Assembly (NCBI GenBank): GCA_043808095.1
Contig: JAZDFF010000042.1
Coordinates: 38,667-102,666, forward strand
Length of the DNA: 64,000 bases
Reading direction: 5' to 3'
Source: Candidatus Omnitrophota bacterium
GTDB taxonomy: Bacteria; Omnitrophota; Gorgyraeia; JAZDFF01
Every line of letters begins with the position of its first letter. Within the stretch, counting starts at the first letter, position 1. The notes beneath the pieces were generated by a model. The model was not told the origin of the DNA. It made no database searches and was given only the letters and a program-made list of their open reading frames with translations. Shown here one piece after another: positions 1-9,695 of this stretch. A program made the position numbers and the translations under genes.

Positions 1-871
1 TCCTCAGGGCAACTTTCTCGCCGGAGTTAGAGGGCAATATTGAAACCCTGAAATCCACCTCCCGGTCTTCGAACTTTATCTTAAAACGTCCGTCCTGAGG
101 AAGCCGGTGCTCGGCGATATCCAGGCAGGAGATAACCTTTACACGCGATACAATTGGAGCATGCAAACTTTTAGGCGGGGCCTCTATTTCCTGTAAAACA
201 CCGTCGATCCTTATCCTGACCCGCAGGCTATTCTCCAGCGGCTCAATTAAAATATCCGAGGCCTTGGCTTCAATTCCCTGCCTTAGGAATACATCAGTAA
301 TCTTTATAACTGGCGCTTCCTGGGTCAACTGAGCTAATTCTTGGACATCTAAGGAATCCGGCTTTTCTTGCCTGATGATTTCTAGTTTTTCAGCGTCGGA
401 CATATTCGCAATAATCTCTTCGATGGCCTCATAAGGCGACTCTCCGTAATATTGATTGATGGTTTCTAAGACTTCGTCGGCCTTGCCGATAATCGGGTTT
501 ATCTCATATCCGGTAAGGGTCTTTACCGTGTCAATAGCGAATATATTTAAGGGGTCGGCCATAGCCAAAGTAAGGGTGTTGCCCATCTTCGAAACAGGTA
601 TGATCTGATACATCTTGGCGGTCTCGCGAGGAACCATCTTAATGACATCGGGGTCAATCTTAAACCGTGAAAGGTTTATAGGGGGCATGCCTAAGCCTTC
701 GCTTAAGGCGATAAGAAGATCTTTTTGGTTTATATAGCCTAACTTTACTAAGATATCACTAAGCCGGCCGCCTTGTTTTTTCTGAACCTCAATGGCTTGG
801 TTTAGTTTATCCTCGGTTATAAGATTATTCTTGATTAATATCTCTTTTAAACGGTCTCTTAGAGAAATCAT
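1..871 (-). CDS. Type IV pilus/T2SS assembly ATPase (PilB/GspE family), 5' part; runs off window
   Basis: Own translation from ATG at 871: MISLRDRLKEILIKNN...LAMADPLN...ASDILIEP...RIDGVL...LDIAEHRLPQDGRF...GEKVALR, hallmark PilB/GspE N1/N2 motifs. Confidence 0.92.
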   Translation of the reverse strand, partial: MISLRDRLKEILIKNNLITEDKLNQAIEVQKKQGGRLSDILVKLGYINQKDLLIALSEGLGMPPINLSRFKIDPDVIKMVPRETAKMYQIIPVSKMGNTLTLAMADPLNIFAIDTVKTLTGYEINPIIGKADEVLETINQYYGESPYEAIEEIIANMSDAEKLEIIRQEKPDSLDVQELAQLTQEAPVIKITDVFLRQGIEAKASDILIEPLENSLRVRIRIDGVLQEIEAPPKSLHAPIVSRVKVISCLDIAEHRLPQDGRFKIKFEDREVDFRVSILPSNSGEKVALR

Positions 872-876
872 ATTTT

Positions 877-1323
877 CTATGCCTTATAACACCTGTCTAT
901 GGCCTTTTTTATATCCGAGGCGGTAGAGACGAATATCTGTACTTTTGAACCAGTAATCATCTCGATATCTTCAATCGCATCACTATTTAGAGGATTGGAC
1001 ATGGCAAGAGTAATATTATTTCCCAGTTTATCAATACAGATTAAACAGTATTGACGCGCAATATTTTCATTGATGATACGAGCAGTATCATAGTCGATCT
1101 CATAATTTCCCAGAGGTAGATAGGGAAAACCGTATTGGGCGGTTAATGCATGAGCAATATCTTCTTCTTTGGCAAAACCAAGTTCAACTAATATCTCACC
1201 AATAAGGCCGCCCTTTTCCTTTTGCATCTCGAGGGCTTTCTCAAGCTGCTTCTGATTGATGATAGCTCTTTCAATCAACAGCTCCCCTAACTGTTTAGCC
1301 AGTATCTTTTTTAAAGGAGACAT
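877..1323 (-). CDS. Stand-alone MshEN/GspE N-terminal domain protein
   Basis: QLGELLIERAII..QLEKALEMQ..GGLIGEILVELG tandem MshEN-like motifs plus LAMSNPL; no ATPase domain. Confidence 0.85.
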   Translation of the reverse strand: MSPLKKILAKQLGELLIERAIINQKQLEKALEMQKEKGGLIGEILVELGFAKEEDIAHALTAQYGFPYLPLGNYEIDYDTARIINENIARQYCLICIDKLGNNITLAMSNPLNSDAIEDIEMITGSKVQIFVSTASDIKKAIDRCYKA

Positions 1324-1359
1324 ATTTTAGAACATCTTTTGCACTAAAAACAGAGTTTT

Positions 1360-1475
1360 AATTACTAATTCCTAAATCCTAATGCCTAATTAATTCTTTA
1401 ATGTCCAATTTTAAATTAGTCATTTGAGAATTTATAAATTCATTAGTCATTTGTCATTAGGTATTAAGAATTTTA
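1360..1475. repeat. 7-bp-periodic inverted-arm repeat (ctaattc/ctaaatc/ctaatgc ... ttagtca/ttaggta)
   Basis: Heptamer units followed by their reverse complements; similar to 14773-14856 in inverted orientation. Confidence 0.7.
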
Positions 1476-1489
1476 CTTCTTATTTTATC

Positions 1490-2908
1490 TTAGGCCTTGA
1501 CCTGATTTTTACCGTGGGCCTTGGCCTCAGAAAGTAATTGTCTGGCCTTAACCATCAGATCTTGGACCGTTACCCCGTCTATAGGATTCTCGCTTACGCC
1601 GGAGCTGACTGTCAAGTGTTTGCGTACATCAGTATCTTCACCAAAAGCAAATTCAATCTTTTTTCTCACATCCTCAGCCATATCCTTGGCCTGACGCTTG
1701 TTCTTCTCGGGCAAAACAAAGGCAAATTCATTATCGCCAATTCTGCCCACCCGGTCTATCTCACTGGCTGATTCCTCAAATATGACTGCTATCTTTTTCA
1801 GGGCAGATTCGGAGGATAATTCTCCGAAAAGCGTATGGTATCTCCTGAAATCATCGGCATTGAATATCACAAATGCGCAAGGCCTCTGATAAACAATTGC
1901 CCTCTTGATCTCTTCGTCTAATCTCGCCAGGATGTAACGATCGTTGTATAAGCCTGTCAGGGGGTCTTTTATCTCAAGTTTTTCCACTTTGTGATGCAGG
2001 AATCCATCTTCAACGGCAATGGAAACTTGCTTAACAAAGATGTCAACCATCTCAATCTCTTCGGGCTTATAAACAAAATCCTCCAGGTCATTACCGATAC
2101 CCAAAATTCCGCAGACCTCTCCATGCCTTAATATGGGAGTAACGACGGTATTGACCATAGCAAAAGATTTGCGCCAGGCATCAACCTCCGCAGAAGGCTT
2201 CATTTGACTATCTACAATCATTCTTTCGTTCTTTATAGCCAATTTTCCCAAGACGCCTTCGCCAAAATTTATTTTAATGGACATCAATTCTTTCGAGGCA
2301 TCTCCGTATATTGAGCGCATGGTTAATACGTCACTACCCTCATCCCTTAAGAGTAAAAAACATAATTTGGATTGACCAACCTGGATAATTTTTTCCGCAG
2401 TCATTTTGAGAATCTCTATTAACTCTGTGCCCTGGGTAATCAGCGAACTGATCTGAAGTAAACTCGACATGACGACAACGCGCTTATGAATCTCCGTATT
2501 TATTTCTTTGGTGCGCTCGGAATAGGACTTTAATTCATCCATATTACCCCGGATGCGCTGGGTAAGTTGATCCAAGGAGCGGCCCAAATCACCAATCTCA
2601 TCATCTCTAACCAGCCTAATCTTGTGGTTAATATCACCTTTAGCAATCATCTGGGCGTCTGCGCTTATCCTTACGATGTGGTCCACGATTTGCTTGAGGA
2701 TAAAGAATCCTATTAAACCAATGATGATAGTTATAGCGCTTACCCAGAAGATATTTTTCTTAAGGCCAAAGCTCAGCCACTCTACAGTAGGGAATATTAA
2801 ATTTAGTAAAATGAGAATGGGAATTATAGATAAAAGCGAAATAGAGACTAAAAGCTTTACACGTAGTCCTCGCGAGGCAAAAGAGGAACCCCTGGCTTTC
2901 TTTAACAT
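1490..2908 (-). CDS. Membrane HAMP-GAF-GGDEF protein with degenerate active site
   Basis: 2 TM segments, HAMP (DEIGDL), GAF, DPLTGLYN; GGDEF position reads RIGDNEF. Confidence 0.85.
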   Translation of the reverse strand: MLKKARGSSFASRGLRVKLLVSISLLSIIPILILLNLIFPTVEWLSFGLKKNIFWVSAITIIIGLIGFFILKQIVDHIVRISADAQMIAKGDINHKIRLVRDDEIGDLGRSLDQLTQRIRGNMDELKSYSERTKEINTEIHKRVVVMSSLLQISSLITQGTELIEILKMTAEKIIQVGQSKLCFLLLRDEGSDVLTMRSIYGDASKELMSIKINFGEGVLGKLAIKNERMIVDSQMKPSAEVDAWRKSFAMVNTVVTPILRHGEVCGILGIGNDLEDFVYKPEEIEMVDIFVKQVSIAVEDGFLHHKVEKLEIKDPLTGLYNDRYILARLDEEIKRAIVYQRPCAFVIFNADDFRRYHTLFGELSSESALKKIAVIFEESASEIDRVGRIGDNEFAFVLPEKNKRQAKDMAEDVRKKIEFAFGEDTDVRKHLTVSSGVSENPIDGVTVQDLMVKARQLLSEAKAHGKNQVKA

Positions 2909-2979
2909 AGCTACCTCTCCTTTTTAATGAGTACATCACTTACGGAGATTTAGCGACGTAAGTGATAGGTACGAATTAA

Positions 2980-3006
2980 ATCCTTGACATCAAAGATGTC
3001 AAGGAT
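2980..3006. repeat. Perfect palindrome atccttgacatc-aaa-gatgtcaaggat
   Basis: 12-bp arms; near-identical copy at 45227-45253. Confidence 0.75.
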
Positions 3007-3044
3007 AACTTGTCGTATTTATAACTTATTATGATTAATATAAT

Positions 3045-4832
3045 CTATAATTCGTTTATTGTCAATGCTTTTTGCAGATCGCGTTGTAATTTATGCCTGT
3101 CTTGGCCAAGATCAATATGCTCCCAGGGCAAGATTTCATCAAAAGACCTCCTGCGAAGAGCATAAAAGAAAGGGTCTATTCCTTGCTTATTGAAAGCCTC
3201 CATCCACAACGGGAAATTGAAGTATTCCCTCCAGCTATCAAATTTAGCCCCTTCCTGGAAGGCATTTAATATTACCTTGGCAATCCTACGGTCCCCCCGA
3301 CAAAGAACCGCTTCTAGAAAACCCATTTGAAAATCATGGAATTTTAAATTCACTAGATGCGGCCTACTAGACCTTAGTCGGGATATAAGATATTTTTTTT
3401 TATTCTCGAGGCTGGTTAAACTATCCATCTCTTGCCACTGAAAAGGCGTATGGCTCTTTGGGATAAAACAAGATATGCTTACGTTTATTACGGCAAGATG
3501 GCCGTCAATTTCTTTTCTTAATCTGGATAGGGCTACGGCAAGGTCAATAATCCCGTCTAGATCTTTTTCATTTTCCGTAGGTAGCCCGAGCATAAAATAG
3601 AGTTTCAGGTGTCGGTATCCACAGACGAATGCCTGATGGCTTACCTTGACCAATTCATCTAGATCTACATTTTTATTAATGACCTTTCTTAAACGCTCGG
3701 TTCCTGCCTCAGGCGCAAAAGTCAGGCCGCTTTTTCTTACTTTTGCTAAAAGTGCGGTTATATCACTCAATGAGCTCCTTGGTTTCAAAGAAGGCAGTGA
3801 TATCCCCACATATTTATCCTGGAAAAACTCCATCAATTCCTTAATTATCTCTTTTAATTTGGGATGGTCGCTTGAAGAAAGCGAAAGTAAAGACATCTCT
3901 TCATATCCGGTACTATTGTAACAGTCTTTGGCAAGCCTTAAGACAGAGTTAACAGACCTAGGCCGAGCTGGCCGATAAAAACAAAAAGCCTGACAAAATC
4001 TACAGCCACCAGGACATCCCCGCATGATCTCAAGCGTGATACGGTCATGAACTATCTGGATAAAAGGAACCAGCCACCGGGTCGGAAAAAATGCCTTGTC
4101 TAGATCATGGACTATCCGACGGATTATCTTAGTGGGAACGCTTCTTTGTCTTGGTGAAAATTTTTTAATCCTGCCATCCTCATTATATTCTACCTCATAT
4201 AAAGACGGAACGTACACGCCCTTTATCTTGGCTGACTCAAGTAAAAGCTTATCTTTTCGAAGGACGAGAGATGAAAGACGTTGGACGGTAAACTCCTTAT
4301 ATTTCTCGACCACCTCTAAGATCAATTCCTCTGCCTCGCCAATACAAAAGAGGTCAATAAAATCCGCCAGCGGCTCAGGATTAAGACAACAACAACCTCC
4401 GGCAATAATCAAAGGATGCCTGCTATCCCTATCTTTAGAAAGAAGCGGTATGCCGGATAAATCCAGGATATTTAATAGATTTGTATAATTAAGTTCATAT
4501 TGTAGGGAAAAACCGATTATATCAAATTCAGATAACGGCGTGTGCGTCTCGAGGGAAAAAAGCGGGATTTTATCTTTTCGTAAGATCTCTTCTAAATCCG
4601 TGTCCGGGGAAAATACCCTTTCGCAGGCAATATCGGATTGCGCATTTAAAAGCCCGTAGAGGATGCGCAGCCCCAGATGGCTCATGCCTACCTCATACAA
4701 ATCCGGGTAGCATAGGGCTATTTTGACTTTAGCATTATGGTGGTCTTTTCTGCTTACATTGTATTCATTACCGAGGTATCTGGCGGGTCTTTTTACTTTA
4801 GAGATAATCTCTTCGAAGTTAGTTAAGTTCAT
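3045..4832 (-). CDS. Radical SAM protein, TIGR03960-like family
   Basis: YPDLYEVGMSHLG, RGCPGGCRFC (CxxxCxxC), APEAGTERLR, LPWEHID. Confidence 0.88.
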   Translation of the reverse strand: MNLTNFEEIISKVKRPARYLGNEYNVSRKDHHNAKVKIALCYPDLYEVGMSHLGLRILYGLLNAQSDIACERVFSPDTDLEEILRKDKIPLFSLETHTPLSEFDIIGFSLQYELNYTNLLNILDLSGIPLLSKDRDSRHPLIIAGGCCCLNPEPLADFIDLFCIGEAEELILEVVEKYKEFTVQRLSSLVLRKDKLLLESAKIKGVYVPSLYEVEYNEDGRIKKFSPRQRSVPTKIIRRIVHDLDKAFFPTRWLVPFIQIVHDRITLEIMRGCPGGCRFCQAFCFYRPARPRSVNSVLRLAKDCYNSTGYEEMSLLSLSSSDHPKLKEIIKELMEFFQDKYVGISLPSLKPRSSLSDITALLAKVRKSGLTFAPEAGTERLRKVINKNVDLDELVKVSHQAFVCGYRHLKLYFMLGLPTENEKDLDGIIDLAVALSRLRKEIDGHLAVINVSISCFIPKSHTPFQWQEMDSLTSLENKKKYLISRLRSSRPHLVNLKFHDFQMGFLEAVLCRGDRRIAKVILNAFQEGAKFDSWREYFNFPLWMEAFNKQGIDPFFYALRRRSFDEILPWEHIDLGQDRHKLQRDLQKALTINEL

Positions 4833-4869
4833 GAATTATTTTACAACAAAAATGACTAAATTTATGTTA

Positions 4870-4970
4870 AATGAGGTTAAATAAAGTTAATTGAGGTTGT
4901 ATAAGGTTGCTTTTAAAAAAGCAACATCAGGAAACTTCATACAACATCAGATAACCTCATATAACCTTAA
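4870..4970. repeat. 10-bp-periodic inverted-arm repeat (tgaggttaaa ... taacctcata)
   Basis: Four aggtt/aagtt units then caacatc/taacctc complementary units. Confidence 0.65.
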
Positions 4971-5014
4971 GGTAACAGAGTAAAATTCGCCTTGCTTATG
5001 TCTTGTGGCATTGC

Positions 5015-6133
5015 TCAGAAGACTATCTTCCTTCTGCCGATATTTAAGATTATCCCCAGATATAAAAAAGTAATAAATATGGATGAGCCGCCATAGCTCA
5101 TTAAAGGCAAGGCCAAACCTACAACCGGCATCATCCCCATGGTCATAGCGATATTGACCACTATCTGAAAAGTCAAAAGGCTGATAATGCCCGCGAGGAT
5201 TAATTGAGCGAAAGCATCATTTGTAGACTTATAAACTTCTACTACACGGTAAATAATAAAGAAATATAACAAGATAATAAGGCTGGCACCTAAAAATCCG
5301 AACTCCTCCCCTATTACCGAAAAAATAAAATCAGTATGACGTTCAGGTAAAAAATTAAGTTGATTCTGAGTCCCAGCCAGCCACCCTTTTCCCAGAAAAC
5401 CTCCCGAACCTATGGCAATCTTAGACTGGATAATAGTATAACCTGCACCAAGGGGGTCAAGATTAGGATTTAAAAAAACGAGCAACCTGGCTTTTTGATA
5501 CCCCTTTAATAGATGTAATAAAATCGGTGCTCCCCCTATTCCTATCACAAACATTGAAAAAATATATCTTAAATTTATGCCAGCAATTAAGAGCATCGCA
5601 AAGAATACTGGTATTAAACTTAAGGCGGCTCCGAGATGCGGTTCCTTAAATATCAAAAACATTGGTAAAATCAAAATCATCGATGGAAAAATCAGGTCTC
5701 TGAAAATTGGGACGCTAAATAAACTGTTTGAGTAGAAATGCATATCGAGCCTCTTTTTAGAAAAATGCTTTGCCAGGACTAAGATTACGGACAGCCTTGC
5801 CAGTTCAGAAGGCTGAAAATTTAATCCTAAAATATCCAGCCAGCGCTGTGCGCCTTGCCGGGGTCGAGCTACCACCAAGACCAAGATGAGAAGAATGCAA
5901 CTCAATATATAAAACCACCAGGCTAAGTCATTGAATCTGCGATAATTAAAATTCATCATTAATACGAGAAAAATTATGCCGATACTTAACCAAATGACTT
6001 GTCTGGTGAGAAAATCATTCTGAAACGAATGACCCACCTCGTTGGTGCTGCTGTAAATAGCCAATAGGCTAATGACCGAGATAAGTAAAACCGAAATTAA
6101 TATTCCGAAATCTAGATTGCCTCTTGCGCGCAT
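5015..6133 (-). CDS. rodA: Rod shape-determining protein RodA (SEDS family)
   Basis: GAQRWL, FQPSEL, PERHTDFIFSVIGEEFG, LPLMSYGGSS; downstream of mrdA. Confidence 0.95.
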   Translation of the reverse strand: MRARGNLDFGILISVLLISVISLLAIYSSTNEVGHSFQNDFLTRQVIWLSIGIIFLVLMMNFNYRRFNDLAWWFYILSCILLILVLVVARPRQGAQRWLDILGLNFQPSELARLSVILVLAKHFSKKRLDMHFYSNSLFSVPIFRDLIFPSMILILPMFLIFKEPHLGAALSLIPVFFAMLLIAGINLRYIFSMFVIGIGGAPILLHLLKGYQKARLLVFLNPNLDPLGAGYTIIQSKIAIGSGGFLGKGWLAGTQNQLNFLPERHTDFIFSVIGEEFGFLGASLIILLYFFIIYRVVEVYKSTNDAFAQLILAGIISLLTFQIVVNIAMTMGMMPVVGLALPLMSYGGSSIFITFLYLGIILNIGRRKIVF

Positions 6134-6671
6134 AATTTTACTTAGAACCCTTTGTTTACAGTTTAAACTCTAAGCACTAAACTCTTCCCGCACAACTTGT
6201 AAAATATGGCGGGATCCCGCAAAGCGGGAAAATCCTAAACAATTTGTACTATTCAAAAGTCGAGTTAACAGTTTGAAGCTCGGTTTTTCGGTATGGATGC
6301 TCGTATCGATGCTCGTCTTGGAAACTCGTCTTATGTTTTATCTAGCTTCGAGCATCTAGCTTCGATATCCTTAGATTGTACTCAAGATACCGTCCTGAGC
6401 CTGTCGAAGGACGATACCAGCATCCCTGCCTCACCGGCCCTTAGGAATTTTACATTGTAAAATTCCAAGGACTAAGTCCCGGAAATTCTCCGAATTTCTC
6501 GGGGCAGGCAGGGACAACCTAAGACGAATATCGACACCTTGGCTGTTGTGATATAGATTGTAAACACATCTCTTGAATTATACACGTAGTCGAACCATTA
6601 GGATTTCGGCACTTCGACTTTGCTCAGTGCCGATGGTGAGCGAAGTCGAACCATCGGATTTAGGATTTTAA
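6134..6671. repeat. 538-bp composite of nested palindromic repeats between mrdA and rodA
   Basis: Contains cccgc double hairpin (6186-6232), gatgctcg/cgagcatc units, cctgagcctgtcgaagg hairpin (6391-6413), 88-bp cctgcc element (6425-6512), cttcgac/gtcgaac hairpins (6608-6656), and outer cctaaa/ttagga heptamer arms. Confidence 0.85.
6425..6512 (+). repeat. 88-bp double-hairpin element, copy 1
   Basis: Near-identical reverse complements at 30261-30347 and 49429-49516. Confidence 0.92.
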
Positions 6672-8393
6672 CTAATTCGCTATAAACCCGCCTTTAATCA
6701 TCTCTTCAATTAACTGTCGGGATAAGGTGACTGCCGCTTGGCTGCCTCCGCCGTGCTCTAATAAAACTACAAAGACATACCGAGGATTCTCAAAAGGGAA
6801 AAAACCCGAAAACCAGGCATGAGGTTTTCCGGAACCTACCTGGGCAGTTGCGGTTTTTCCGGCGATCTTTAGATTATCAAACTTCAGGCAATTTGCTGTC
6901 CCCCGGGAATCCTCGACCACCCTTAATAAGCCGCTTTTTACCGTCGCCAATATACTCTTATCGAGGCCAAGGTTTATTGGTAGTGGCCGGACTAAGGCCT
7001 TGTTATCTACAGTCCTTATTATATGAGGCGTGATTAAATACCCGCCGTTAGCCACAACTGCTATCATCCTCACCATCTGGAGGGGACTAACTAAGACCTC
7101 ACCCTGACCAATGGAAAGATTGGCAGTATCACCATCATACCAATGCTCACCTCGGCTTGATAGCCTCCATCTTCGGGAAGGTATAAATCCGCTGGATTCA
7201 TTTGGTAGCTCAATTCCCGTAGGCCGACCAAATCCTAGTTTTGTGGCCCAATTATAAATAGCGTCCGGGCCGGCCAAAATACCCAACCGGTAAAAAAAGG
7301 CATTGCAGGAGTGGCACAAGGCATCTTCTATATTCTCATCGCCATGCACCGACCAACAGGAAAATTTCCTCTGACCAACAATCAAACCGCCTGTACATAA
7401 AAAATTCGTATTTTTTGAAATCTTCTTTGTGCTTAATCCTGCGAGGGATGTAACTATTTTAAATAAAGAACCTGCACTGTAGCGGCCGCTTATGGCCCGG
7501 TTTAATAAAGGCGCATCAGAATTATTCAAAATCAGTCGGCGCCTGGCTAACGAATCCCGATTTTTCTGGCTAAAGATGTTGGGGTCAAAACCCGGAGAAC
7601 TAACCAGGCTCAATATCTCTGCGCTTGTCGGGTCCATAACAATAATTGCACCGGTTTTACCCTCAAGGAGATTGTAGCAGATACGCTCTAGGTCAAGATC
7701 AATAGTCAACTGCACATCTTTTCCTCTTTGAGGCAGTTTCGTACCCAAGACCCTGACTTGCCTTCCTAAATTGTCTACCTCAATCTGAGTACCTCCGCCT
7801 TCTGCGCGCAGATACGCATCTAATTTTTCCTCTATGCCATCGCAGCCCACCGTATCCTTAACTGAATAACCATAATTTTTTAATCTCGTAAGTTTAAAGG
7901 GGTCGATTTTACCAAGATATCCCAAGATATGGCTGGCTATCTTAAAATTAGGATAGGCACGCTGCGGATCTTGCTGGATGATAACGCCGTCCAACTCAAG
8001 ACTATTATTCTCTATGGCCACCGCCTCATCCCGGGAGATGTCTTGTTTTATCACTACTGGAGCAAAGGCAAGGCCGTACCCTTTTTGATATGCCTTGCTT
8101 AAATCAGACGGATCTTCAGCTAATATCTGGGCCAACCTTAAAAAAATATGATTTTTTTTGCTCAAACCCTGGGGGATCAAACTAAGATCAAAAGACATGC
8201 GGCTGGTTGCCAAAATCCTGCCTTTTCGGTCAAAGATATTGCCGCGCATTGCGCTCTGGGGAATAACGCGGATGGAGTTCTTGCGGCTAAGTTCTAAATA
8301 ATAGTGACTACGGATTACTTGGGTGTAAGATAGGCCCAGGAGCAGACTTAAAAAACAAATCAGGATGATTATCTCTAAAATTCTAAGACGCAT
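6672..8393 (-). CDS. mrdA: Penicillin-binding protein 2
   Basis: SxxK (GSLFK), SxN (SCN), KTA(T)AQ at the KTG position; lies between mreD and rodA. Confidence 0.93.
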   Translation of the reverse strand: MRLRILEIIILICFLSLLLGLSYTQVIRSHYYLELSRKNSIRVIPQSAMRGNIFDRKGRILATSRMSFDLSLIPQGLSKKNHIFLRLAQILAEDPSDLSKAYQKGYGLAFAPVVIKQDISRDEAVAIENNSLELDGVIIQQDPQRAYPNFKIASHILGYLGKIDPFKLTRLKNYGYSVKDTVGCDGIEEKLDAYLRAEGGGTQIEVDNLGRQVRVLGTKLPQRGKDVQLTIDLDLERICYNLLEGKTGAIIVMDPTSAEILSLVSSPGFDPNIFSQKNRDSLARRRLILNNSDAPLLNRAISGRYSAGSLFKIVTSLAGLSTKKISKNTNFLCTGGLIVGQRKFSCWSVHGDENIEDALCHSCNAFFYRLGILAGPDAIYNWATKLGFGRPTGIELPNESSGFIPSRRWRLSSRGEHWYDGDTANLSIGQGEVLVSPLQMVRMIAVVANGGYLITPHIIRTVDNKALVRPLPINLGLDKSILATVKSGLLRVVEDSRGTANCLKFDNLKIAGKTATAQVGSGKPHAWFSGFFPFENPRYVFVVLLEHGGGSQAAVTLSRQLIEEMIKGGFIAN

Positions 8394-8395
8394 GA

Positions 8396-8902
8396 TTATT
8401 TGAAAGAGATAAAAAGCGGCTGCCTGGCTACTGGCTTAAGCACCTTCTTCAAGACGACGAATATTAAAGGTAGGATAACAACAGTATAAATAGCCGAAGG
8501 CAATATGGTATAAACCAATGCCCTTAAAAAGATTAAATCTGTGTAGAATATCTTGAGAATGAAATAATGGGCGATTTCATAGATTAAAACCGATAATGAT
8601 CCAATAAGAATTTTGGAAGTCGTGGTTTCTTTATAGAGGTATTTATTAAGATAACCCAGGACTAAACCGAGCAGCCCGAGACTCAAGGTATTTATTCCGA
8701 ATAAATCGACACTTAAGAGATCCTCTAAAACCCCCGCCAGGCATCCGTAGAGACCCGCCTCCTGAGGGGGACAGTTAAGCCCAAGATAAATTATAAGTAT
8801 TATCGAAAGATTCGGCTTTATATTATTAAAAAACACACCCAAACCTAAGGCCTCAAGAAAGACGAAGACCACCAACAGGATAAATACTTTTAATCTATTC
8901 AT
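8396..8902 (-). CDS. mreD: Rod shape-determining protein MreD
   Basis: Hydrophobic, PNL..GVLEDLLS..FGIN; synteny. Confidence 0.88.
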   Translation of the reverse strand: MNRLKVFILLVVFVFLEALGLGVFFNNIKPNLSIILIIYLGLNCPPQEAGLYGCLAGVLEDLLSVDLFGINTLSLGLLGLVLGYLNKYLYKETTTSKILIGSLSVLIYEIAHYFILKIFYTDLIFLRALVYTILPSAIYTVVILPLIFVVLKKVLKPVARQPLFISFK

Positions 8903-9677
8903 TAAGAACGACTATGACCTCTTCGAGTTTGGAAAAATCGACTGCAGGTTTAATGAGGGCGATTTTATTTAGGCCGCTTGCATCAAGCTCTACAGACTTA
9001 ACCTCTCCGATCAGTATCCCCCTGGGGAATGAACCATTTAACCCGGAACTGATAACCAAATCTCCTGATACTACATCGCTATCTTTATCCAGATAATACA
9101 TCTGGCAAAAACCTGAGAGCCTGCCTGAGATTATGCCTTGCTCGCGGCTACGCTGGATAAGGGCAGCGATCTTCAAATTCGGGTCGTTGATTAAAATAAC
9201 CTTACTGCTTGAGTCTCCGGTTTCAAAAATCTTCCCTACCGCGCCACCGGGCGATATGACTGCACAGTCTTTGCGGATATTATCGTTATTGCCTCTATCA
9301 ATAATCAGACTGAAAAACCAGTTGATAGGGTCTCTGCCAATTACCCTTGCAACCGTACTGCGAAAAGATTGAGCCCTGCGAAAAGAAAGAATTTTACTTA
9401 GGCGTTCGTCCTCTTTCAGGATTTCCAGATTGATAATCTTTTTTTGTCTTGTCCAGCCTAATTGCCTTTTTAAGGCGAGGTTTTCTTTTAGGATTGCTCG
9501 ATAGGAAAAAATGGACTTTATCTCGTTTATAAAAAAATTGATAGGCCTTAATGGCAGGCTTAAAAAATCCAGAGATTTTGCTCTCACTATTTGGAATTGC
9601 TTTTGCAGGAAGGTAAAGACTAAGGCAAGAACTACTACGACAAGAAATACCGCAATTAATTTTTTATATTTAGCCAC
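8895..9677 (-). CDS. mreC: Rod shape-determining protein MreC
   Basis: ARVIGRDP, IDRG, GDLVISSGLNGSFPRGILIG, PAVDFSKLEEV. Confidence 0.95.
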   Translation of the reverse strand: MAKYKKLIAVFLVVVVLALVFTFLQKQFQIVRAKSLDFLSLPLRPINFFINEIKSIFSYRAILKENLALKRQLGWTRQKKIINLEILKEDERLSKILSFRRAQSFRSTVARVIGRDPINWFFSLIIDRGNNDNIRKDCAVISPGGAVGKIFETGDSSSKVILINDPNLKIAALIQRSREQGIISGRLSGFCQMYYLDKDSDVVSGDLVISSGLNGSFPRGILIGEVKSVELDASGLNKIALIKPAVDFSKLEEVIVVLNE

Positions 9678-9695
9678 TCAATAATATAAAACAAA

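Noticed and set aside
6134-6671. Possible CRISPR array, tRNA or riboswitch in the long intergenic gap
   Set aside because: No regular repeat-spacer pattern, no cas genes and no cloverleaf or aptamer consensus recognised; explained by dispersed palindrome families
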